Below are positions 13,747 through 23,879 of a stretch of DNA of 64,000 nucleotides, in pieces. The notes under the pieces are model-generated. The model was not told where the DNA came from. It saw nothing but the letters and a program-made list of their open reading frames with translations, and ran no database searches. How positions within the stretch are numbered: the stretch's first letter is position 1; every line of letters begins with the position of its first letter. This stretch comes from Nemertoderma westbladi (taxonomy: Eukaryota > Animalia > Xenacoelomorpha). The position numbers and the translations under genes are program-made. The stretch spans positions 12,728 through 76,727 of the forward strand of contig JAUCBJ010008343.1 in NCBI GenBank assembly GCA_032718475.1, written 5' to 3'.

Positions 13747-13951
13747 TAACACTTTTACAACTATAAAAGCCAAATTACAGTTTTCTTCAGTGGTGAAATA
13801 TTTCATGATTCTGGTACTGTACTTACAGGGTACTTTTAACATTGTTTTCATCAAGTTTATATATATATATAATATACACATTCATTAAAAATAAATAAAA
13901 AAAACAACAAAGTTTTTGTGATGATGGATGGATATATTAGCAATTTCCCTT

Positions 13952-15102
13952 TCAGCCTGATCCATCACCTATATCAACCTGTTTCTTTTTTACTTTGCAA
14001 AGATGTCTAATGACTCTTCCAAGAATATTTTCTCTATATATAAGAATCCACAGCAGCTCAATGAACTCGAATACCGTTAGCAGACTCATACCAATCCACA
14101 GACCCAACGCACCTCCGATATTACTCAACAGATCTTGCCATTGGTATTTGGGTGACTCTATGATGGTAGTGACATCCATTGTCTGAAATCCAATCTCTAT
14201 CTTGGCTATATTTTCTCTGAACTGGCTCAAAAACGAACCACTAAAGGCGTCATCGTCAACTTTTGAGTGTAACTCTTGGAGACACTCTTGGTCAGCTGCA
14301 CAAGCCTTATCTATGACACCCATGAGGAATTTTGTGAAACCTTTTGCATTTTCTTTCTTCAATAAATGTATATTTATATGACCAAGATACTCTTTGGATG
14401 GCCACAAAGATTGACTGGAATAGGTTGTAAACTCGGTTTGGTTACATGCTTGTGGACAAACACAAAATGCACCGTTTTCATTGCTAGTGTGGTATTTGTC
14501 GCGAACTTCTTTAGGGCACTTTGTTTCCTTCTTAGAAACATCTGTTTCTGAAAGCTGCATACTTTAGCATCTAGAAAGTAGTCATCAACACATCCACATT
14601 CCTTTAACATAACTTTCTGCAGGCAAAACTGTTCACACAAGTGGTTATCGTAATCATATTTAACACTTTCAAAATCGGTGTACTGATTTAGCAACCCTGC
14701 AAACTCTATATTCTGGGCACATTTTGTGTAAGGTTCCCCAGCAAGTATTCGAATGGTTTTTTTTATATTTATGTGAGTTCGTCTTCCTGGTACGATTGTT
14801 ATACCATTTAAGAGAGGATGTGGTTCTACTGAAGGAGGATGTATAGTAACGCGGATACCAGTAGATCGAGACATCAACCCTATGTATTCATCGGTTTCTA
14901 CATTTAATGTCAATTTTAGAAGTTGTTCAGGATACTGCACATAATGACGGTTATCTGATGTTGTAGTGCCAGGCTTTTCGTAGTTGAATGTGAAACAGTT
15001 CCCGTAGTGTTTATTCTGAAATTTTAGAAACTCTTTACAAGGCTTACCAGCAAAACTGCAGTCCAACACCATGTCACTAAATTGGTGCCCCAATCTTGAA
15101 AC
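13952..15102 (-). pseudogene. DEG/ENaC channel copy A, exon 2, with a 1-bp frameshift at 14550/14551
   Basis: Acceptor tttcatag|GTT at 15103/15102; motifs GHQFSDMVLDCSF, YGNCFTFN, Cys-rich thumb and TM2 LLSNIGGALGLWIGMS. Reads tttctg-aaag versus tttctgCaaag in copy B. Confidence 0.9.
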
Positions 15103-15441
15103 CTATGAAACATAAATTTAAATTTAGTTTATTAATTTTAAGTAAAATTTAGATAGATACAAACAGTATTACATTAATATGTTGACTTGTTTCTGGCATC
15201 AATTTTTACTGAGTAAGTCGATAATTAAGTCAAAACACTAAATACTTGAGTAGCCACACTTGTAAATATTGGCGATCGAGTGAGAGAATAGCGTGATGTA
15301 TAAGTGAGTGAAGGAAGGTTGTGTCCAATTTGGAAGGGAAATAAGGGCGCCTTTAACAGCTTTGGATTAGTACAGAGATAAATAATGTGTTGTTAACTGT
15401 AGATTAGATTAACCAGATGTTGGTGTTATTGTTTTATTTAT

Positions 15442-17179
15442 CGCAATAATTTTTATTGTCCGTTTAAATCCTTTTTTTGTCCTTTTTTTTGATTTTTTAT
15501 GTCCTCCAAAAGTCTAATGTTAGGTTCCATGCTACCGGTTTCTCTACTGCTGTTCTCTCAGGCTATCAGTACCGGTATTAGTATATATAGCACTATTTTG
15601 CTGTATTGTATGTACAGATGTAGGTATAAAGCAGGTATTTCTGTATTTTAGTACCGGTACCGGCACCGGTACTGCTATAGGCCTACTATGTAGCCTACCA
15701 TTTAAATACGGTAATGGTAGGCCTACCGGTTGTGCTAATAAATTTTAAATAATTGATAGGCCAAACTGGATTGCAGGATTGTGGAAAATGTGGATATACC
15801 TTTCACATAATTTAGGCCTATTACTGTATTAGTTTTATAATCAATAATGGATCATGACTACTGTCTGAGTAGTGTTACGGATAGCGGCACCACTACTTCC
15901 AACAGCACAGAAGGCCCGCCTCTGTAACCTGCCCCTTTCCCTCAATTAGTTAAATGATCGTTTATTGTTTTGGTTAGATAATCCCGCCTCTGTAACCTGC
16001 TCCTTTCCCTCAATTAGTAATGTTATCGTTTATTGTTTTGGTTAGAAAATCCCGCCTCTGTAGCCTGCTCCTTTCTCTCAATTGGTAATGTTATTGTTTA
16101 TTGTTTTGGTTAGAAAATCCCGTCTCTGTAACCTGCTCCTTTCCCTCAATTAGTTAAATTATCTTTATTGTTTTGGTTAGAAAATCCCGCCTCTGTAACC
16201 TGCCCCTTTCCCTCAATTAGTTAAATGATCGTTTATTGTTTTGGTTAGAAAATTCCGCCTCTGTAACCTGCTCCTTTCCCTCAATTGGTAATGTTATCGT
16301 TTATTGTTTTGGTTAGAAAATCCCGCCTCTGTAACCTGCTCCTTTCTCTCAATTGGTAATGTTATTGTTTATTGTTTTGGTTAGAAAATCCCGTCTCTGT
16401 AACCTGCTCCTTTCCCTCAATTAGTTAAATTATCGTTTATTGTTTTGGTTAGAAAATCCCGCCTCTGTAACCTGCCCCTTTCCCTCAATTAGTTAAATGA
16501 TCGTTTATTGTTTTGGTTAAAAAATTCCGCCTCTGTAACCTGTCCCTTTCCCTCAATTAGTTAAATGATCGTTTATTGTTTTGGTTAGAAAATCCCGCCT
16601 CTGTAACCTGCTCCTTTCCCTCAATAAGTTAAGTGATCGTTTATTGTTTTGGTTAGAAAATCCCGCCTCTGTAACCTGCTCCTTTCCCTCAATTAGTTAA
16701 GTGATCGTTTATTGTTTTGGTTAGAAAATCCCGTCTCTGTAACCTGCTCCTTTCCCTGATTTGGTAAAGTGGCTGTTTATTGTTTTGGTTAGAAAACTCG
16801 GCATTAACCTGCTCCTTTCCATCAATTGGTAATTGTTTTTGGCTATAAAATGAGTGTTTTGCTACTTCATGTGGTAATCGATTATCGACAACAACCACAA
16901 ACTATTAAATATAGAGTCTTTTTACCACAGGCGCATATGGAAATCTATCTCATAGTCTATAAATCATGGAATCATGGAATGTTTTGGCACAGGCATAGTG
17001 AAATCAACTGTCTGACAGTCCAGAAATCTGCAGTCTGACAGTTTGAAGAAATACATACATAAAAAGTCATTAAAAGGACAATAAAAGTCATTAAAAGGAC
17101 AACAAAAGTCATTATGCATAATTCGTAAAAAAAAAAATGACAAAAAAAGTCAAATAAAAGGACATAAAAAATCACTGCC
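15442..17179. mobile_element. Non-autonomous DNA transposon, MULE-like (9-bp TSD), in the intron of copy A only
   Basis: TSD tttatttat at 15433-15441 and 17180-17188, single in copy B; imperfect TIRs gcaataatttttattgtcc / ggacataaaaaatcactgcc. Confidence 0.7.
15915..16840. repeat. 68-bp minisatellite (~13 copies) inside the MULE-like element
   Basis: Unit cccgcctctgtaacctgctcctttccctcaattagttaaatgatcgtttattgttttggttagaaaat. Confidence 0.95.
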
Positions 17180-17429
17180 TTTATTTATTGATGAGATTGT
17201 ATTTCGTATTTGGTAGTTTCATTCCCTGAGTTTAGGTTTCTACATCAAATATCACGTAACCCCTAATGGTGTATTTGACTAATTGGTGTTATTATTTAGT
17301 ACGTTGTCCTCAACGTAGTTGAGATAACTTTATTGGTATTATTGGTGAGGTACGTTATCATCAACTGAATTGGTGTGACTAGTTATTGGAGATCAATATA
17401 CAACGCAAACTACAAAACCATTCGGTCTT

Positions 17430-17512
17430 GGGACGTTAGTGCCCGCGAGACATTAGTGCCCGCGAGACATTAGTGCCCGCGAGACATTAGTGCCCACGAG
17501 ACATTAGTGCCC
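17430..17512. repeat. 17-bp repeat array (gacattagtgcccgcga), MITE remnant
   Basis: About 5 direct copies; longer in copy B (32840-33089), where inverted copies are also present. Confidence 0.85.
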
Positions 17513-19095
17513 ATTTAGCGACTTAGTTAGTTTATGTAATAAATACAACAGGCCAGGAATACATGATCCGCATTTTTAGTTCCTGCTGTTGCAAACGAGT
17601 CGTTACTTTTTTCAAACTTCAAAGGTAATTTCCAGTCTTTAGTTCCCGCATCTCGTTATTTAACATTTTAATTTCAACTTGGATCTTTTAAGATTAATTA
17701 AAACATTTATTAACCTCAGCTAGACATGATAGATTTGCAATATGTGGTTTGGCGGTAAAGTGTTCAAGGAATGAAGATTAAACAACAGCGTTTGATTGTT
17801 TATAAATAACATTTGATTGAGTTATATACTTAATTTGTTTAACTTTACTGGAAACAGTGTGTAATAAAAAAAAACAAGGTGCAGTACTATACAGTATAAT
17901 CGTCCGAGGACGCCCTAACTTATATATTTTAGTTATGAATGAATGATTTCAAGAAAAATATTCAGTCGACTGTCTGACATTTTGTCGACGAATTAAAAGT
18001 AAAGTAGTACTTTTAGTTAATTAGATTAGTCTATGTTAATGGAGGAGGAATTCTTTATCTGAAATTGGCACTATTTTGATAGAGCAGGTCCTGCTAGCTG
18101 GTAAGTGGGCTGGAAAACAGCTTAGTATCATTCTTTAGGTTATACTGTACATATATTCTTAACTTCATTGTTTGTATAAATGTACATTTGGTTGTAGGGA
18201 AGAGATAGGAAGATGATATACGTGTTACTTTCAGTTCAACGTGAGCGATATTAGGCGCGATTATTCCAATAAGAGACGCAATAAAACGCACCCCTCTTTG
18301 TTTACCGAAGTTTGGAGCGGAATATCTGGGACTTGCGGATATATTAGCGCATTACCACGCTAGGTTGGGTTTGATAGACGCATTGTGCACCAACTAAATC
18401 TGACTCAACATGTGAGTGGTACTCACTTCTAGATTTGCCGGATTAGGATTCATTTGGGATTTAAATTCTTTCACTTTAATTTATTTTAGAACATAGGTTA
18501 AGGGACTGAAAATAAATCTGTCATTACTATTTGCGGACAAAACATTAGCTAGGATATTTAACATCTAATTTGCTTATTAGAGATCGCCCTTGTGCACACC
18601 TCGAACTATGGATTGTCTGTCATTAGTGAGAGTTTATGTTCTTAGTAACAAATAAATTATTTCCTTCCAGAAGAGTGAGAGAGTAGTCTAGGGTTGGGCT
18701 ACAGCTACACGTTGGTCGTATTAGCAATAGCTGTCTGTCTGTGGACAGGAAGATTATTAGTTCTTCCGCTGTTCGCGGGTGGATTAGCAGTGATTAGTGG
18801 ATCTTAGTGGGAAGACACCGGCGGTTGAGACCGCATTTAGAACGGCTTGAGGTATTCGACCCTCGACCTCTGTTTCGAAACATCTAGCAAAGAAATCATT
18901 GACCCTTGAGAACCAAAATAAGAACAGTTGTGGATTCGGTTTCTATTTAACAGGGACTGCTTGCTGTATGGGTAGATTATTTGATAATATCGGCCTAATA
19001 GATTTTGGTTTATTTTATATGAATCTGGTACACATCGAACAGTAGATCCAATACGATATACATACAGCCCAATATATAATGTAGACCTACTGTAC

Positions 19096-19974
19096 CTGTG
19101 ATTTGGACAACATCGCCATATCTGACACATCATTAAAATCGAAATCGGTCGAGTTTTCCCAAGCTTCAAAGAAGACCCTTTCGACATTGGGCCCACCACA
19201 AGCTTCATCAACACCGTTTCCACAGTCATCTTGAAAATCACACCCCACATACTCATTGTAGCACAACATAGTACCTGCGATTTCGAGGTTACAAGAGTAT
19301 AATTCATCGTCAGATACATGTTTATCATCTGTCATGAACTCTACATCTTCACCATTTGCTGTCAAGTTCCTAAGGTATTCATTTCCAACAAGTTCCTTTG
19401 TATCACAGTTATATAAACAACCAATTTCATCCTTTTTATTCAAACATTCAGCCTCCCCATTGCAAACATTTTCTTTAGGTATGCATCTATCAAAATCTGT
19501 TCCACAATCGAACTGCAATGCATTGCAACTACTTGGTTCTGAAATATCTTTATTTAATTTGTATTTCTTTTTTGCATCATAAAATGTGGTAACGAAACTT
19601 TCTTTTGCGTAATCGTCTAGAGTAACCAAATCAGCAAATGGTCTATCGCTTTGAACTGTAGACGTGCGCGTTGTGTCGAATTCTACTGCACTCCTTCTGA
19701 TGTTGTTCTCATTACAGATCGTTACTCCCGGAAATTCGATGAGAAATTCCTTTTTACTTTGAAAGGATACGGTTTTAGGCAAGTCTACATAGTCGATGAA
19801 TAGCAAACAGACTTGTAGCAGATATCCGCTAATCCCACCCAGTAGCAACACCACCCATATATAGCGCCACAGACGGTTGGGTGGGTTAACAGCCCTCGGT
19901 GCCCCATGGAGGGTGACACCTTCAAAGAACTTACTGCATATTTTAGATAGCGGTTGGTTTTCAGATTTGTTCAT
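19096..19974 (-). CDS. DEG/ENaC channel copy A, exon 1 (HG motif, TM1, finger with two LDLa-like modules)
   Basis: TLHGAPR, TM1, FPGVTICNEN, LDLa CNALQFDC...CIPKENVCNGEAECLNKKDEIGC and CDFQDDCGNGVDEAC. Donor CAG|GTACAG at 19096/19095 is phase 0, matching exon 2. Confidence 0.92.
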
Positions 19975-20904
19975 CTTCGAACGGAAATTGATCTTTCTGG
20001 TATTCAGTGTTAGCCACTGGACAGCTGGTGGTCAATATTATTGAAATATTATATTGCTGTAGAGAATATGTAATTAATGAATTATATTACCATCGATTTT
20101 TCTACATTGCAGCAGTACCCTTGTATACGGAATCCCACAACTGTCAAGGGCAAAATATTAATAAAGGCAAATGCAAACTGCCATCAGGGCGAAATGCCCT
20201 CAGGGCAAAATATCCTCAGGGCAAAATCTCCTCAGGGCAAAATGTCATCAGCTCAAAATTCCCAAAGAATTTTGAAATAGCCTTCTTACTAAGGAAATTA
20301 TTGAATTTTGTCTAAGTTTTATTAATATGTTGTCCCTGTCAGTGATGGGCTTCCGCAGGTTCTTGTGATTGAAATTAATTAATTTTAGAATCAACAGCTG
20401 ATCATGTGCTCTCTCAAAAACACTAAAGGAGCCACATGTCGAATCAGTTAATTTCCTGTTAGCTCATGTGAATCTGAATGCCCCATTTACAAGTGCAAAC
20501 TAAGATTTACAAGTGCACTTTTCTCAGACTCCAAATTTCGCTCTCAACCAGTATACACTTTTCCTAAATTTGAACATCGTAACCAACCTTTAAGACCTAC
20601 TTTTCGTGCAAGTCAGCTGGCATTACATCCCAAGCTCACGATCTTTCCAGCACTTATTACACAAGTTGTTGGTTCATTTAATTTTAAATTATACTGCTGC
20701 TTATACAGGTAACTATTAATTCTCCACTCGATATATCTGTTTCGTTTACCCCACGTCCTATTATTAATGCAGTGCATATTACTTAGTTATTTTATTGGCT
20801 CTGATGGAGCGGGCCTAACCCGGATTTCAAGTTCGAGATTGTTGGCGTTGATGTTATCTATAATTCTCCCAGATTGCTAGTTAAAATTTTGTCACGGCAT
20901 TTAA

Positions 20905-22443
20905 CCCTATTAGTACCGGGCTATAAAATGCTGTACAAATACCGGGGGGGTGGGGGGGGTCATATTGACCCCTCCCTCTAAAATCTACAAATATTAACGA
21001 AAACGTCTGATTTTTTGTTTGTACGTAGGTATCACTAGTCTGGATCCGAACGAAAATAAAATTTTCGAAAAAATGTAATGGGGTGGTAATATTGCAGCAC
21101 CAAAATTACAAGTAGTGCACAATTTTCACAAAATTTGAAAGTTACATTTTTCGGGTAATTGTTTTTCAATACAGGTTCAATACAGTATATTTAAAAATGA
21201 TATGATTATCATAAATGGCTGTTTAGTCCTCTATGCGTAGGAAAAAAATGAAAAAAAACAAGTAACCAGCACTTTTCAATTAGAACACAACATTTTTAAT
21301 TCACTTATACGATGCTATAAATTCACATTTTCAGGTTTTCTAGGGCGCTGATTCTAATGGAATACATTTCAAATATGCCAGATCATTGGTACTTGTATTT
21401 TTCGGCGTAATTTTGCAAATTTTGGTGCTAGCACCAAATTTCGTACCCATCACCAAAAAGTACAAGTTTGCGATGTCCAGTGCTGTTTTTATTGATTCCA
21501 TCGGATTCAGGACCCTCATAAACCCGTATAACGCAAGAAACAAGATGATACTATCTACTGATCAATTTACTCATTTTCCAAAATTTGGTACTGGCACAAC
21601 AATTTTCACCCACCGGCGAAAAATACAAGTTTGAAAACTCTTATGAAATTTTTACTGATTCCATTGAATTCAGAACCATAACAAGAAACAAGATGACACA
21701 ATCAATTGATATATTTGATGGTTTTCAAAATTTGGTGCTAGCACCACATTTTGCACCCACTTCCGAAAAATACAAGTTTGAGATGTCTAGTTCGATAATT
21801 ATATATTCCATTGAATTCAGAACAGCCATAAACCTCTAAAATGCAATAAATAAATTGTCACAAGCAATTTTATCTATTGAATGGATTTTCAAAATTTCGT
21901 GCTAGCACCAAAATTTGCACACAGCACCGAAAAATACAAGTTTGATACGCTTGAAGCAACTCGTATTCTATTTCATCGAAACCAGAACCCCAAAAACCCC
22001 AATTGCGTAAAAAACAAGTTTCAAACAATCAATTTACAAAATTGACATATTTCAAAATTTGGTGCTGGCACCAAAATTTGGCACCCGTCGAAAAAAACAA
22101 GTTTGACAATTTTAAATCAATTTATATGAATTCCATCCAATTGCTAACACCAAAAAACCGGTATAATTCAAAAATAGAGATGTTACAAATCATATTTAAT
22201 GAAATGTAATTTTCAAAAAACGTCTCAAAAAAGTGCCAAAAGTATGGTTAAAAAATGGTGCTATAACTCGAAAACTACCCAATATTTTTGAAAACGGTTT
22301 TCACTATTAGGAAGACAAAAGATTTTTAGGAAAAGTCATAAAATTTCAGATTCCCAACTGCGTTCGTTTCAGAATTATAATAAAAAAACCACGGGGGGGG
22401 GGTCATATTGACCCCCCCCCCCCCCCCGGGTTTAATAGGAGGG
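20905..22443. mobile_element. Non-autonomous piggyBac-like element, copy A only
   Basis: TTAA TSD at 20901-20904 and 22444-22447 with a single TTAA in copy B; CCCT...AGGG termini; internal ~150-165-bp degenerate repeats. Confidence 0.85.
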
Positions 22444-23703
22444 TTAATTATATCGATCAGTAGAGGCCTACTGCTACATTTTCCCATTCAAATCAACCAA
22501 ATAAATGATTTCTTCCATATCTGAGTTACTAAATCTCATCTTATGTCATTTATTGGTAGGACTACAGTGACACCATTTTTGAAGGTAGGCCTATTATTCA
22601 AAAATTTTCATGTCTTTATATAGACGGTTGATCATTTTTCAGTAACTGGCACATTGTCTCACATAAAGTGGAACCATTAATTTTTGGTGGGTACAGAGAC
22701 ATAGGCTAGTGGTGTTGATACAGGTATACATCCACACCCGCAGAAATTACACTAGTACTGTACTATATACTACTACCTGGTCGAGCGCGCTCGGGCAGTG
22801 GAAATGAGATCCTTCCAGGCTTCCCGATTCTACATAGTTGTCACAATTTCGTTTCCCCCAAGTCCAATTTGTCCTGGCAAGTTGGTCTGTCTATATATGT
22901 CAGTCAGACCACGGGAATGAAGAAGTATGATAATTTTTCGGTTTGCATGGCCCGCCACAGGCTAATTGTTACCATGGATACATACCATGATTAGAAAGTG
23001 ACAGTTGTTTCAAATAAAATAAAAATATATTTTCTTTTACTATTTCTGTATAAGCTACTCAATCTTCTTATAAGACCAAAAATAATTCGATTTCTGAAGG
23101 TTTCTACTAAGCGTTATCCTTATAAACTGCTACCACCGATATAAATAAAAGTTGAAACATCATAAAATGTAAAATTTATGCATGAAGGCAGGAATGCAGC
23201 ACCTGCTTCAATTACAGCCCTATTATACTTATTATTACCTTCAAATCATCATTAAGAACAAAATTTAATTAAGTAGTCTTGATTGGCTAATACAAAGCAA
23301 GGCTAATCCTCGCAGCCGATTTTAATCACATTTATAAAAATTATTACTAAGTTTTAAACCGAACAGACAAAGTAGGTGCAGTAAAACCGTTTAGTAAAAG
23401 TAGTGCAACTCAAAAATAATTAGTTTTATTACATCTCGAACTGTATCATGTTATTTATTCTTGCTTGTGATTGACAGTTTGAAATGGTGAGCAGCTTGAA
23501 TGCCCGTGTTACCTTTTACGAATGAGTTCAGTAGTTAGTTAAACTCCGGGTCTGACAACCTACCCAGTCCGCTATGCTGCAATTGTTTGTAAATTGTGGT
23601 TCAACCCTCCTTACTCCCCCCTATACTGTACTTTCTATAATTGTTATTTCGGGTGGATGAGTGGTTTGTATTATTAACTGAATTGTAATTAAGCTGATAA
23701 TGC

Positions 23704-23743
23704 GCGCTACTGATAAAGCCTAAACGAAACGCACGTATAGCGC
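23704..23743 (+). ncRNA. Degenerate minimal type I hammerhead ribozyme motif (Penelope-like element/retrozyme remnant)
   Basis: GCGCTA-CTGATAA-agcctaaac-GAAA-CGcaCG-TA-TAGCGC: stem I perfect, short stem III, GUA triplet; G8 and stem II are damaged. Confidence 0.5.
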
Positions 23744-23879
23744 TGGTTCAACCCTCGGTGACGTGATTCCTCATTTTTTCCGATTCTGAACAAAGTCATA
23801 TTAAAATATAATTTATTATTAGTTGAATACACCACATGACCGCACCCACAATATAGTGACAGTTTCTGATGACATGGAA

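Larger units (their letters stand above)
10882..23877. repeat. Segmental duplication, copy A (homologous to 28354-62280)
   Basis: Collinear high-identity match from atataagggaaaacaaataatcatc to gtgacagtttctgatgaca, including both channel exons, the intron and flanks. Confidence 0.93.

Noticed and set aside
18094-18291. 65-aa intronic ORF retained in both copies (also 33676-33873)
   Set aside because: Conservation is explained by the recent duplication; no recognisable domain, and it is not needed to join the exons in frame.
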